Of a DNA stretch of 64,000 nucleotides, positions 38,276 to 48,548 are shown piece after piece (the first letter of the stretch is position 1; each line of letters starts with the position of its first letter). The notes below the pieces were generated by a model. The model ran no database searches and had not been told where the DNA came from. It saw only the letters and a program-made list of their open reading frames with translations. This DNA is from Nanobdellota archaeon (lineage in GTDB: Archaea > Nanobdellota > Nanobdellia > Pacearchaeales > GW2011-AR1): positions 121,262 through 185,261 of the forward strand of contig JADFRY010000001.1 in NCBI GenBank assembly GCA_022561055.1, in the 5' to 3' direction. The translations under genes and the position numbers were made by a program.

Positions 38276-38325
38276 ACTGGATTTAGATGGAAAGACTTAA
38301 ATATAAGTTATAAGTTATAATTTAC

Positions 38326-38538
38326 ATGAAAACAATAGCACTTAAAGAAAACACTTTTAGGATATTGGGTGAAATGAAGAGAAAAGCTAAGGCATCTTCT
38401 TTTGATGAATTAATAGTGGAGCTTGTAAAGAGGAAAGATAATATTCCGGAGTCTATGTTTGGCTCTCTGAAAGGAAAAACTAAGGGTTTCAACTCTGAAG
38501 AAAGAGAGTTTCTCTGGAAGGATGAATATAGAGAATGA
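38326..38538 (+). CDS. VapB-like antitoxin
   Basis: MKTIAL..SFDELI..SMFGSLKG; ATGA overlap with the PIN gene. Confidence 0.8.
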   Translation: MKTIALKENTFRILGEMKRKAKASSFDELIVELVKRKDNIPESMFGSLKGKTKGFNSEEREFLWKDEYRE

Positions 38539-38915
38539 AAGTTGTTTTTGATACTTATGCATGGATAGAGTATTTTTTAGGAAGTAAAAAAGGGCTTAAA
38601 GTTAAGGAGTTTTTGGAGAGAGGAGATGAGATTATTACTCCCTCGATAGTTCTTTTGGAGATGAGTGTTAAGTCGAATAAAGAGGGATGGAATTTTGAAA
38701 AGCAGTTAAAGTTTATAAAAATGAATTCTAAAGTTTCTGGGTTTAATGATGAGTTTGTTAGTTCTTTTGGGAAAATTTATAACAAGACTAAAAAGTCTAT
38801 CAAAGGAATAGGAATTGTAGATTGTATTGTGTTGACAACAGCGGTTTTGGCTGATGCAAAAATCTTGACGGGAGACAAGCATTTTGAGAAAATTGACAGA
38901 GCTGTTTTATTATAG
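38535..38915 (+). CDS. vapC: VapC PIN toxin
   Basis: VFDTYAWIEY...VDC...LTGDKHF. Confidence 0.9.
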   Translation: MKVVFDTYAWIEYFLGSKKGLKVKEFLERGDEIITPSIVLLEMSVKSNKEGWNFEKQLKFIKMNSKVSGFNDEFVSSFGKIYNKTKKSIKGIGIVDCIVLTTAVLADAKILTGDKHFEKIDRAVLL

Positions 38916-38946
38916 GAAGTTTAGGGAGGATTTGATGGCATAAGGA

Positions 38947-39345
38947 TTAAATAATACCTAATATCTCTTCTGGAGTTATTGCCTTTATACCTCTGAATTC
39001 TTTTAGGTTTAGAAGATGTTTATCATAGGTTATTATATGTTTAGCATTACTTTCAACTGCGCATTCTATTATTTTATTATCTTCTGGATCATCTTTCACA
39101 ACATCTATTTTTTCAGCTGGTTCTACAAGCGTCACAAATGATAAAACCTTTTCCATAATATTTATAATTTCTTCATCAGAGTATTCAAAATCTCTTTTGA
39201 GAATTTTTTGATATTCAATAAGGATTTTATTAGATGTGAATATTTTACTATCTGACTGTATTAATTTGAACAATAATTTTTGTGCTACACTATTATTCCA
39301 AAGGGTAGAAGAAATTATTACATTTGTGTCAAATACGACATTCAT
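38947..39345 (-). CDS. PIN-family toxin
   Basis: VVFDTNV...DPEDNKIIECA..ITYDKHLL. Confidence 0.9.
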   Translation of the reverse strand: MNVVFDTNVIISSTLWNNSVAQKLLFKLIQSDSKIFTSNKILIEYQKILKRDFEYSDEEIINIMEKVLSFVTLVEPAEKIDVVKDDPEDNKIIECAVESNAKHIITYDKHLLNLKEFRGIKAITPEEILGII

Positions 39346-39614
39346 TATTTTCTCCTTGATTTTTGAACAATTTCTGGTATATCTGATTCTTTTATGCCCT
39401 TTCTTTCTAAGCGCTTTCTTCCTTCTTTTGCGATTGATTCAAGTTCTTTTATTAAGGCTTCTTTTGAAGGGGTTTTTATTTTTTTTAACACAATTGAATC
39501 TTTTGTTCCCATAACTACAAAAATTGTTCCTTCCTCTGCTTTTATTCTTTCTCTTATATCTAAGGGAATAACAATTTGCCCCCTTGATGACATTTTTGTT
39601 GTTTCTATTTCCAT
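39345..39614 (-). CDS. AbrB/MazE/SpoVT antitoxin
   Basis: KMSSRGQIVIPLDIRE. Confidence 0.9.
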   Translation of the reverse strand: MEIETTKMSSRGQIVIPLDIRERIKAEEGTIFVVMGTKDSIVLKKIKTPSKEALIKELESIAKEGRKRLERKGIKESDIPEIVQKSRRK

Positions 39615-39616
39615 TT

Positions 39617-39637
39617 TCTTATTATAAGATAATAAGA
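39617..39637. promoter_or_regulatory. candidate autoregulatory operator of the AbrB-PIN operon
   Basis: perfect TCTTATTAT-AAG-ATAATAAGA between the TATA box and the start codon. Confidence 0.55.
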
Positions 39638-39736
39638 TTTTCTTATTTATAAACTTTTCGGTAGAATTTTAGTTTTGGAATTAAGAAGAGATATTGGATT
39701 TAGTAAGTTATTTAAATCAAATTACTCTGTAGGTTT

Positions 39737-42700
39737 ATGCGAAAAAAGTGGTGGATGATTATTATTGTTTTGATTGCTTTGTTAGTTGTCGTTGCTAGTT
39801 ATAATTATATTACTACTGGTGTTCTTTTTGCTCCTTTTTTAGATAGTGATGGTGCTGATGGTTTTATTGGTGAGGAAAGTTTTGGGGTTGTTGAGAGTGA
39901 TGGAGCTGAAGATACGATTATAGAAGACGAGGAATTGAAAGTAGGAAATATATTAGAGAGGCTTTTTGCCGGCGAGGAGCGGGTCGCTCCTAGGACATTT
40001 AAGGTCTTTGCAACAGATTCTAATTTTACAGGAGATGTTTTGAATAGGGCTGATGAAATTTGTAATGATGCGGCTTCTAATGCTGGATTGAGGGGGAATT
40101 ATGTGGCTTTATTGAGCACGACGAGGGAACATGCCGTGGATAAAATACAAGATGGGAAATACTTGAGAGTCGATGGAGTTAAGATTGCAGATAACAAGAG
40201 AGATTTGTTTGATGGGACTATTGATAACCCTTTAAATGTTAATGAGTTTGGTAATGTATTGCCTACGCTTACTTGCGATAGTAATGGATTTGAGTGTAAT
40301 TTAATTTATACCGGTAGTAAGGTTGATGGCACTTTAGATCCTGGTTTTAATTGTAATGATTGGAATTCTATCTCTGCACTTTCTACAGTTGGACATTATC
40401 CAAGTGTCGATCATAATTGGATAAATACAAATAATGTTTCTTGTTCTGAAGTCTTAGGAATTTATTGTTTTGAATCTTATGTTACTAGGCCAGAGTGTGA
40501 TGAGGTTTACACTGTACGGGATTTAGATAATGTAAGGAATGATTTAGATGCTTGTTATATCCAGATGGCAGATATTGATATGACAGGAGTGGTTTGGGAG
40601 CCTATTGGACAGATAGACCTTAATATGTTTCCGAGTCCGAATGACAGACCATTCACAGGAAGATACGATGGTAATGGATTTAAGATAACTAATTTTGAAA
40701 TACCTGAAACAAATGCTTCTGCTTTATTTGCTTATTCTACTGGAATTATAGAGAATGTTACTATTGATGGTTTTAATATAGATACTAGGAATTCTTTAGG
40801 GATAATAGGTTCTTTAATTGCTGTTAATGAAGGGGTTGTGAGAAATTCTTTGGCTAAAAATGGATTTATGAGAGTCGCCGGTTCATCCATCCTTTCAGAA
40901 GGTATTGGTGGTTTAATTGGTGCAAATCTTGAAGGGAATATAAGGAATTCTGGAGTTATTAGAGTAACTATTTTTGGAAATAGTTTTGTTGGAGGGCTTA
41001 TGGGGGGAACGTTGTATGGTATAATTGAAAGTACCTATGCAGAAGATGTAAATGTTCAATCTCAGGGCAGGGATAGGTTTGTAGGAGGTCTTATAGGAGT
41101 AGTGGCAGGAACTGGGTCTATAAAAGACACAAATATAACTGACTCGTATGCAACTGGCAATGTTGGAAATGGCAATGAAAATGATGTTGGAGGGTTAATT
41201 GGAGGTTTCGAAGGGATTGAATCAGAATTATATAATTCTCATTTTAGAGGTGTTGTTAATGGAAGAGGAAAGGTGGGAGGTCTTATAGGGTCAGGAGAGT
41301 TTGTAACTGTTGGAAATTCTTATTCTCTTGGAACTGTTAACGGAGATTATGATGTTGGCGGACTAATTGGAGTTGCAAGGCATGTAGATATTGTAGATAG
41401 CTTTTCAACAAGTACAGTTCAGGGTAAACAATTTGTAGGAGGTTTGGTTGGAGGCATGGTTAGAAGCTCTATTAAGGATTCTCACAGTAGTGGTAATGTA
41501 AGTGGAGAAATAAGTGTTGGTGGACTAATAGGTAGTCTTTGGCAGGGAGACAATAGTATATTTAAATCATATGCAACAGGAAATGTGTTTGGGAGAAATG
41601 ATGTTGGTGGTTTCGCCGGGTACATTAGTGATTCTGCTTTAGTAAATGAATCTTTTGCTCTAGGCAATGTTGTTGGTAATATAAGTACTATTATAAGTAC
41701 TATTGGAGGATTCGCAGGGATTAATGGCGGAAATGTAACTAATTCATTTTCTAAAGGGTCAGTGTTAGGAACTAATTTAGTGGGAGGTTTCGTTGGAAGT
41801 GATTTATTTGGAGTAATGTTACAAGGAGCTCCTGAACATTCTTATTCTACTGGATTTGTCAGTGGAAATTACTCTGTAGGAGGCTTTTCAGGGGGAGGAA
41901 CGTTGGTTTCTAATACAAATTACTGGGACATTGAAACCTCAAATCAAACAACAAGTGCTGGAGGAGTTGGCAAAACAACAGCAGAAATGAAAAGGCAGAA
42001 TACATTTGAAAATTGGGACTTTAATAGAGTTTGGGATATTGCAGAAGATAGAACTTATCCGTTCTTGAGGTGGATGTCTGAGGAGGAATTGGTTGTACAC
42101 TATAAGTTTGATGAAATTACAAACGGCAAGACACCAGATAGTTCGATATTCAGATATGATGCGGATGTTTCAGGAGCTACATTATGGCAGTGGGGAAATA
42201 TAGACAAGGCATTGAATTTCAGTGGTTGGAGAGATTTTGTCTCTGTGGAAGATACTCCATTTTTGTATTCAGATAAGGAAATAACTATTTCGGCTTGGGT
42301 TAATACGAAGAAAAAATGGAAGCCTCTCCAAACTATTGCTTGGAAAGGAAATCCGGAGGGAAGTGCTGTTAATAGTAGTAATAGAGAGTTTGCTTTATTC
42401 TTGGCAGGGTCTGAAGACCCTAGTGCTGGAGGACAACATAATAGCAAGGTGCAAATAGTATTTACTCCTGAAAATAGAATTGGAGTAGGACAGATTCCAT
42501 GCACGACAAATACTTTTCCTATCAGAGCAGAAAATTGGTGGTATCATGTTGCCGGCGTTATCGATGTTAGAAATCAAGTAATGAAGATTTATGTTGATGG
42601 AGTGGAGGTTAAGACATGTAATATTCTTGGCATATCAAATATTAGAAATACAAATGGTTCGTTGGTTGTAGGGAATAAGATGCCATTGCCTGCCGGTAGC

Positions 42701-42790
42701 AGCGCAGGATTTACAGGAATGATTGATGATTTTAGACTTTATAGCAGGGTTTTGAGTGATGTGGAAATATTTGATTTGGCTAATGTGTGA
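39737..42790 (+). CDS. surface protein A: membrane anchor, endostatin/DUF1554-like domain, GLUG repeats, LamG-like domain
   Basis: ADEIC..YVALLS..CNDW..IYCFE; many VGGLIG/SYATG repeats; WYHVAG..IDDFRLY. Confidence 0.8.
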   Translation: MRKKWWMIIIVLIALLVVVASYNYITTGVLFAPFLDSDGADGFIGEESFGVVESDGAEDTIIEDEELKVGNILERLFAGEERVAPRTFKVFATDSNFTGDVLNRADEICNDAASNAGLRGNYVALLSTTREHAVDKIQDGKYLRVDGVKIADNKRDLFDGTIDNPLNVNEFGNVLPTLTCDSNGFECNLIYTGSKVDGTLDPGFNCNDWNSISALSTVGHYPSVDHNWINTNNVSCSEVLGIYCFESYVTRPECDEVYTVRDLDNVRNDLDACYIQMADIDMTGVVWEPIGQIDLNMFPSPNDRPFTGRYDGNGFKITNFEIPETNASALFAYSTGIIENVTIDGFNIDTRNSLGIIGSLIAVNEGVVRNSLAKNGFMRVAGSSILSEGIGGLIGANLEGNIRNSGVIRVTIFGNSFVGGLMGGTLYGIIESTYAEDVNVQSQGRDRFVGGLIGVVAGTGSIKDTNITDSYATGNVGNGNENDVGGLIGGFEGIESELYNSHFRGVVNGRGKVGGLIGSGEFVTVGNSYSLGTVNGDYDVGGLIGVARHVDIVDSFSTSTVQGKQFVGGLVGGMVRSSIKDSHSSGNVSGEISVGGLIGSLWQGDNSIFKSYATGNVFGRNDVGGFAGYISDSALVNESFALGNVVGNISTIISTIGGFAGINGGNVTNSFSKGSVLGTNLVGGFVGSDLFGVMLQGAPEHSYSTGFVSGNYSVGGFSGGGTLVSNTNYWDIETSNQTTSAGGVGKTTAEMKRQNTFENWDFNRVWDIAEDRTYPFLRWMSEEELVVHYKFDEITNGKTPDSSIFRYDADVSGATLWQWGNIDKALNFSGWRDFVSVEDTPFLYSDKEITISAWVNTKKKWKPLQTIAWKGNPEGSAVNSSNREFALFLAGSEDPSAGGQHNSKVQIVFTPENRIGVGQIPCTTNTFPIRAENWWYHVAGVIDVRNQVMKIYVDGVEVKTCNILGISNIRNTNGSLVVGNKMPLPAGSSAGFTGMIDDFRLYSRVLSDVEIFDLANV

Positions 42791-42892
42791 TAGTAAGTTT
42801 TAGTATTATATCAAGGATAATTATTTAAATCAAATTTTCAACACACCAAAAATATTATAAACACACTATTTCTTAATGTATTAACATAATCC

Positions 42893-42916
42893 CAGGTGAT
42901 CCGAAAGGGTTGCCTG
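42893..42916 (+). promoter_or_regulatory. 5'-leader RNA hairpin of the NYN gene
   Basis: CAGGTGATCC-GAAA-GGGTTGCCTG: 10-bp stem with 3 G-U pairs and a GNRA loop. Confidence 0.6.
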
Positions 42917-42928
42917 ATGCTTTAAAAA

Positions 42929-43477
42929 ATGAAATCTACGATCGTATTTATTGACGGAGGTTATCTTTCTTTTATCTCTAAATTTTTTGGAAAAGGAAAG
43001 CCTCTTAGATATAAAATGGAAGTTTTTGCAAGTAATCTTGCAAAGGCTAGAGGGGCAGAATGCAAAAAAATTTATTTTTATACAGCACCACCCTATCAAA
43101 GTTCAAACCCAACTCCTGAAGAAAATAAGAGAAAAGCTAATTACGATAAATTTGTCTCAAAGTTAAAGGAAGCTAAAATCATAGTAAGAGAAGGAAGGTG
43201 CCAAAAAATTGACAATACTTATCAACAAAAAGGAGTCGATACTTTATTGACTATTGATTTGTCAAGAATTCCTAGAATTGAAGGAATTTCCGATGTTATA
43301 GTCTTAACTTCGGATACAGACTTTGTTCCGATTATAAATGACTTATCTGAAGATGGAATAAATGTGATCCTTGCTTATTTTACTGACAAAAAAAGAAAAT
43401 CTGGATTGTCTCTTTCAAATCATTTATGGAACTCTTGCAAGGATAAGATAAAGATAAGAAAAGAATATTTTTCTTAA
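42929..43477 (+). CDS. NYN-domain (LabA/DUF88 PIN-like) nuclease
   Basis: VFIDGGY, QKGVD and SDTDFVP motifs. Confidence 0.9.
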   Translation: MKSTIVFIDGGYLSFISKFFGKGKPLRYKMEVFASNLAKARGAECKKIYFYTAPPYQSSNPTPEENKRKANYDKFVSKLKEAKIIVREGRCQKIDNTYQQKGVDTLLTIDLSRIPRIEGISDVIVLTSDTDFVPIINDLSEDGINVILAYFTDKKRKSGLSLSNHLWNSCKDKIKIRKEYFS

Positions 43478-43600
43478 ATGGGTGAGAGATTATTGAGAAG
43501 AGTTAGTCAACAAAGAAAATGCAAACTTAAGATACTTATGAAGAATGGGATTTTGAGAATATTTGGACGAGGGTTGTCGAACCGAGCTATCCTTCATTAA
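43478..43600 (+). pseudogene. possible remnant of a C-terminal wHTH gene
   Basis: fragment LKILMKNGILRIFGRG; carries the right copy of the 21-bp direct repeat. Confidence 0.3.
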
Positions 43601-43663
43601 GATGGCAGTGGTTGTAAACTGATTTATCGGATTATTTAAATACACAATCTTCTTTTTTGATAC

Positions 43664-45379
43664 ATGAAGTACTCTGAGTTAGTCGAGATATATGAAGCTC
43701 TCTCCCAGACGACAAAGAAGCTAGAGAAGGTAGATATCTTAGCGAGGTTTTTACCGAAGCTTAAGGGAGATGAGGAGAAAGTTTATTTGTTGAGAGGAAG
43801 AGTTTTTCCTGATTATGATGAGAGAGAGTTTGGTTTGTCAGGGCAGTTGTCTATCAAGGTTATTTCAAAGTCTACTGGCGTGAATGTTGAAAAGGTTGTT
43901 TCTAGATTTAGAAAACTCGGAGATTTAGGAGATGTTGCTGCAGAGTTAATTGATAAAAAGAGACAGTCGACTTTATTTTCTAAAAATTTAAGTGTCGATA
44001 AAGTATTTGGAAATTTGAGGAAACTTGTTGAAATAGAGGGAAAGGGTTCTGTCGATAAGAAGTTAAATTTAGTCCTCGAGCTTCTGACTTCTGCTTCAGG
44101 TAGGGAAGGAAGGTATATCATCAGAACTATTTTGAATGATTTGAGAGTGGGTGTTGCCGATGCTTTACTTAGAGATTCTATTGCTAAGGCTTTTTTTGAA
44201 GGAGATAAAGATATGAATGAGAAGGTTGAGGAAGCTTATGATAAATTAAATGATTTTGCTTTGATTTTAGAGATTGCAAGAAAAGGAAAAAAAGCTTTTG
44301 ATAAAGTTGAAGTTGTTCCTGGGAGGCCGATAAAAGTTATGCTTCCAGTTAAAGTTACTGAACTTTCTGAGGCATTTAGAATTTGTGGTAGACCGTTGGC
44401 TGTCGAACATAAGTATGATGGCTTTCGGGTTTTAATAAATAAAGATGAGGAAGGGAAGATAAGTTTGTTTACCCGTCGGCTTGACAATGTTACAAAACAA
44501 TTTCCAGATGTTGTAGAAATTGTTAAGAAATGTGTTAAAGCAAAGAGTTTTGTTTTAGATTCTGAAATTGTGGGTTATGATCCTAAAAAACAGAGATACA
44601 AACCCTTTGAGGCTATAAGTCAGAGGATAAGGAGAAAGCATGATATCGAATCCATGGTCAAGAAACTTCCTGTAGGCATAAATATTTTTGATATAATTTA
44701 TTTGAATGGAAAGAGTACTATTAATTTTCCATTTGAAAAGCGTAGGAAAGCTTTGGAGAAAATTGTTAAGCCTGAGAAATGGAAAATACGTTTATCCAAA
44801 CAGTTTATCAGCGATGATGAGAAGGCAATAAATAAGTTTTACAAGGATGCATTGAAGGTTGGAGAGGAAGGAATAATGCTGAAGAAGTTGGATGCCCCAT
44901 ATAGACCAGGAAGGAGAGTTGGTTATATGGTTAAGATGAAACCAGAAGCTGCCGATTTAGATTTAGTTATTGTTGGAGCAGAGTATGGCAAGGGCAAAAG
45001 GTCTGGTGGTTTGACGAGTTATGTTCTTGCTTGTAGGAGTAATGATGGAAAGAAGTTTTTTGAGGTTGGAAAAGCTTCCTCTGGTTTGAAAGAAAAAGAA
45101 ACTGAAGAAGGAACTAGTTATGCTGAGATGGATAAATTGCTCCAGCCTTTGATAAAGAGTGAGAAGGGTAATGTTGTGAGTGTAAGGCCGAAGGTTGTGG
45201 TGAGTGTTACATATCAGAATGTTCAGCCGAGTCCGAGATATGATTCGGGTTATGCGTTGCGTTTCCCGAGGATAACTCATTACAGGCCGGAACGTGGCAC
45301 ACACGATATTGCTACGGTAAAAGACATAAAGAAAGAGTTTCAAAGAATGCAAAAGATGAGGAAGAGCGGTTTAGGATAA
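43664..45379 (+). CDS. lig: ATP-dependent DNA ligase
   Basis: EHKYDGFR, EGIMLK, ALRFPR. Confidence 0.97.
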   Translation: MKYSELVEIYEALSQTTKKLEKVDILARFLPKLKGDEEKVYLLRGRVFPDYDEREFGLSGQLSIKVISKSTGVNVEKVVSRFRKLGDLGDVAAELIDKKRQSTLFSKNLSVDKVFGNLRKLVEIEGKGSVDKKLNLVLELLTSASGREGRYIIRTILNDLRVGVADALLRDSIAKAFFEGDKDMNEKVEEAYDKLNDFALILEIARKGKKAFDKVEVVPGRPIKVMLPVKVTELSEAFRICGRPLAVEHKYDGFRVLINKDEEGKISLFTRRLDNVTKQFPDVVEIVKKCVKAKSFVLDSEIVGYDPKKQRYKPFEAISQRIRRKHDIESMVKKLPVGINIFDIIYLNGKSTINFPFEKRRKALEKIVKPEKWKIRLSKQFISDDEKAINKFYKDALKVGEEGIMLKKLDAPYRPGRRVGYMVKMKPEAADLDLVIVGAEYGKGKRSGGLTSYVLACRSNDGKKFFEVGKASSGLKEKETEEGTSYAEMDKLLQPLIKSEKGNVVSVRPKVVVSVTYQNVQPSPRYDSGYALRFPRITHYRPERGTHDIATVKDIKKEFQRMQKMRKSGLG

Positions 45380-45435
45380 AATAGCCCTTTAAAAAGGTTT
45401 ATAAAGGGATTTTCTTTAAAAATACTGATTCTATA

Positions 45436-46014
45436 ATGGTTAAATCAAAATCAAATCTTAAAGTTCAAAATATTGTTGCTACGGCTTCCTTAGGGAAACC
45501 AGTTTCTTTGACTAAGCTTGCGAGAATGCATAGCGGCAATACGGAGTATAATCCTGAGCAATTTCCTGGTTTGGTTTTACGTGTGAAAAAACCAAAATCT
45601 GCTGTTTTGGTTTTTTCTTCTGGGAATCTTGTTTGCACAGGAACAAAAAGCGTACGACAGGTTAGAGAGGTAATATCACAAGTCATAACACAACTTGCGA
45701 AAATTGGAGTTAAGATAACAGAAAAGCCGAAGATAACTGTGCAAAATATTGTGGCTTCTGGAAGCATAAATGTTGACCTTAATCTTAATCTTTTAGCTTT
45801 GGAATTAGAGAATACAGAATATGAGCCAGAACAGTTTCCTGGTTTGGTTTATAAGTTAGATAACCCAACAACGACTTTCTTGCTTTTTTCTAATGGAAAA
45901 TTGGTTTGCACTGGAACTAAAAACAGGCAGCAGTTGGAAGATGCAATGTATCAGTTGAATAAAAATGTTAAAGCTGTTCTGAGAAAGATAAAGAAGAAGA
46001 AAAGAAAAAGGTAG
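45436..46014 (+). CDS. tbp: TATA-box binding protein
   Basis: two NIVA..YxPEQFPGLV..LVCTG repeats. Confidence 0.97.
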   Translation: MVKSKSNLKVQNIVATASLGKPVSLTKLARMHSGNTEYNPEQFPGLVLRVKKPKSAVLVFSSGNLVCTGTKSVRQVREVISQVITQLAKIGVKITEKPKITVQNIVASGSINVDLNLNLLALELENTEYEPEQFPGLVYKLDNPTTTFLLFSNGKLVCTGTKNRQQLEDAMYQLNKNVKAVLRKIKKKKRKR

Positions 46015-46044
46015 TAATTTAAACTGTTTTCTGTTAATGATTTT

Positions 46045-46386
46045 ATGATATTTAGTCTTGCTGAAGAACATTTTTATAAGAGAAAAAGAATTCATCAAAG
46101 GCATGAGCCATATCCTCATCCCGTAAGATGGAAGAGGATTATTGATAGAGTTATTTATATTGCAGCATTTATAGGACCTTTATTGACTTTACCACAGGTT
46201 CTTAAAATATGGATTGGCAAGAGTGCTATCGGTGTATCAATTATTTCATGGTCGTTTTTTTTATTATTGGCATTTATTTGGCTTATCTATGGTATTGCCC
46301 ACAAATCAAAACTACTTATTTTTAATAATATTTTGTGGATGCTTATGGATTTTTTGATCATATTAGGAGTGATAGTTTATGGATAG
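46045..46386 (+). CDS. SemiSWEET/PQ-loop transporter
   Basis: TLPQVLKI..GVS..WLIYG. Confidence 0.8.
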   Translation: MIFSLAEEHFYKRKRIHQRHEPYPHPVRWKRIIDRVIYIAAFIGPLLTLPQVLKIWIGKSAIGVSIISWSFFLLLAFIWLIYGIAHKSKLLIFNNILWMLMDFLIILGVIVYG

Positions 46387-46570
46387 GAATTATTCTGATA
46401 TGGATACTGGTAAGTTGAGAGTTATGATTGGTGCACTTGATTTGTTAATTCTGGCTAGGAATTATAGGAGTGGTGTAAGGGGGCTATCGACAGAGGAAAA
46501 GTTAGAGCGTGATCGAAATTTTGCTGAGAGAGTTAGGATTAGGGAAGAATTAGATAGAAGATTAAATTAA
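46379..46570 (+). CDS. hypothetical protein
   Basis: 63 aa, overlaps the upstream stop. Confidence 0.5.
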   Translation: MDRNYSDMDTGKLRVMIGALDLLILARNYRSGVRGLSTEEKLERDRNFAERVRIREELDRRLN

Positions 46571-47730
46571 GTAAACAGACTCAGCTTCGTTTGTTTGCCG
46601 AAATTTTTTAATAACCAAGAGCGTGAGGTGTAATTTATTATTGGTTGTTTTAGTCTAGTTTGAATTTTTGCTAGGGCTTCATTAATTGTATTAAATTTTT
46701 CTGGAGGGTGTTTGAAAACCTCTCTAGATATTTCTCTTAATATTCCAACTCCACAAGGCATATAATATTCTGGGCGAATTTCTCTGATAACGAGGCATTG
46801 TGCTTGCTTTTTTATTTTTTCTAAATATTCTGTTAAGGCGAGGCGGTTTGCATAATAAGCGCCAGTTACAGAGTCTGCATATTTTTTTCTTGGAAAAAAT
46901 GATTCGTAATCACTCCAAATGCCGAAATTCTTTAGCGAGATTTCAATTACTTCAAATGAATATTTTTCTGGTAATAGTATGAAGTTGTAATAGTTGCCTA
47001 GATAGTCCGCATGGAAAACTTGTATTTCAGAAATTTCAGGATATTGTTTTATTTTTTTAAGTTTATCTTTTGAAATCGTATCATCTACCGCAGTGATTGA
47101 CCATCTCGTAGGTACAAGACTGCGATTCTTTTTTAAACCTAATAAGCCAGCAGAAAGAAGTTTTATTATGTTTGATGTTTGAATATTTGCTTTTTCAAGT
47201 TCTTGGATTGCAATTATTGATTTTACATCGGTGTCGTTTATTAAGTAATCTACTTTTCTTTTTATTTTAGGATTTTCTTGAAGTCTTATTTTTTCAATTG
47301 GGGCTGCTCTCGATATTAATGGGACTCTTGTATCATGCTCTGAATATTTTTTTATTGGTTTTTTTAATTTGAATTCTGTTGCTATGGATTTATGCGTCAT
47401 TGCAATTTCTTTAAAAATGTCAAAGAATTTTGTCTTTAGTTTTTTGATATGACTTTGAGTTCTTCCATAAATTAATTTATTTCTGAATTCAATTATTTGT
47501 GAGAGTGGAATTTTATTCTGATGCCATAATTCAGACGATGATAAGATCTGTGTATTCCCGTATTCATCAGGGGAAAGAACTCCCACATAGACATTTGGAT
47601 AATTCCAACGACCAACGAAAATTTCTGGTGGTGAAGAGCCTGAAAATTCTTTAATAAGTTTCGTTTTTCCTAAGAAGAATTCATGTTCTTGGCAGTTATA
47701 TTTGCCGCAAGTTTTGCATCTCTTAGCCAT
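46567..47730 (-). CDS. nreA: DNA repair protein Nre
   Basis: GSSPPEIFVGRWNYP, LVPTRWSITAVDD, C-terminal PIP box QTKLSLF. Confidence 0.9.
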   Translation of the reverse strand: MAKRCKTCGKYNCQEHEFFLGKTKLIKEFSGSSPPEIFVGRWNYPNVYVGVLSPDEYGNTQILSSSELWHQNKIPLSQIIEFRNKLIYGRTQSHIKKLKTKFFDIFKEIAMTHKSIATEFKLKKPIKKYSEHDTRVPLISRAAPIEKIRLQENPKIKRKVDYLINDTDVKSIIAIQELEKANIQTSNIIKLLSAGLLGLKKNRSLVPTRWSITAVDDTISKDKLKKIKQYPEISEIQVFHADYLGNYYNFILLPEKYSFEVIEISLKNFGIWSDYESFFPRKKYADSVTGAYYANRLALTEYLEKIKKQAQCLVIREIRPEYYMPCGVGILREISREVFKHPPEKFNTINEALAKIQTRLKQPIINYTSRSWLLKNFGKQTKLSLFT

Positions 47731-47731
47731 T

Positions 47732-48244
47732 TTATTCTGAAAATAATTTAATTGTTTGAGCTACTTCTTCTTTGATACCTAAAATACACGGATAGTTTTT
47801 TACTTCTTCTTCACTTACCCATGCATGATCTGTGAATGCTCCTATTTCGGGTTTTACCTCACCTGATTTGTATTTGGCTGCGAATTTTACTAATATTACA
47901 GGGATTCCATCTGGTCTGATAAATGCAACACTATTAATATAATGTAATTTTTGTTCTATTTTTATTCCAGCTTCTTCTTTAACTTCTCTTTGTAGTAAGG
48001 ATTCAGCTGCATTTTCAAAATCTAGTATATCACCGTTGATTCTTGTTGGATTTTCAATTGGGATATTTTCCCATTCTAGTTTTCCGCCTGCAACTCCATA
48101 TTTACCAGGATGTGCTTTTTCATTTTCAGAGCGTTTTAGGATTAAGCAGCGTTTATCACTTTCCCTATATACTACGACATTTGCCACAAAATAAAAGAGC
48201 TTGTTTTGTTTTGCATTCCCAAGATGTATTTTATCTGCAGGCAT
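47732..48244 (-). CDS. NUDIX hydrolase
   Basis: GGKLE...REVKEEAG Nudix box with an insertion. Confidence 0.85.
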   Translation of the reverse strand: MPADKIHLGNAKQNKLFYFVANVVVYRESDKRCLILKRSENEKAHPGKYGVAGGKLEWENIPIENPTRINGDILDFENAAESLLQREVKEEAGIKIEQKLHYINSVAFIRPDGIPVILVKFAAKYKSGEVKPEIGAFTDHAWVSEEEVKNYPCILGIKEEVAQTIKLFSE

Positions 48245-48300
48245 TACATGGGAAAGAAGAAAGGGTATTTATGTTTTTATGGATTGTTGGGATTATTATC

Positions 48301-48543
48301 TCATACTCTTAGTTTTCTGTGATGGGTTCTTCCTTCATTTTTCAGGTATTCAAGCGCTAGTCTGGCATCACCCTCTGGAACACCAAATTCAGTTGATATG
48401 TCTTCTGGTTGTATTGATTGCCAAAGAGGAGTTTTTCTTACGTATAATTCTGAAGCTCTTTTTAGCAACGATTGATATTTTTCCCTATAACTTTCACCTG
48501 TTAAATTAGCTGCAGAATTTCTTTCGGTTTCTTCAGTTGTCAT
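48301..48543 (-). CDS. small hypothetical protein (possible HTH)
   Basis: 80 aa; EDISTEFGV..ARLALEYL. Confidence 0.5.
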   Translation of the reverse strand: MTTEETERNSAANLTGESYREKYQSLLKRASELYVRKTPLWQSIQPEDISTEFGVPEGDARLALEYLKNEGRTHHRKLRV

Positions 48544-48548
48544 TAGAT

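Noticed and set aside
39983..40483. Surface-protein paralogs as a DGR TR/VR pair
   Set aside because: Mismatches are not adenine-specific and both copies are full coding genes
42891..42920. SRP RNA helix 8
   Set aside because: Only superficial CCAGG..GAAAGG similarity; lacks the AGCAG side and there is no room for an archaeal SRP RNA
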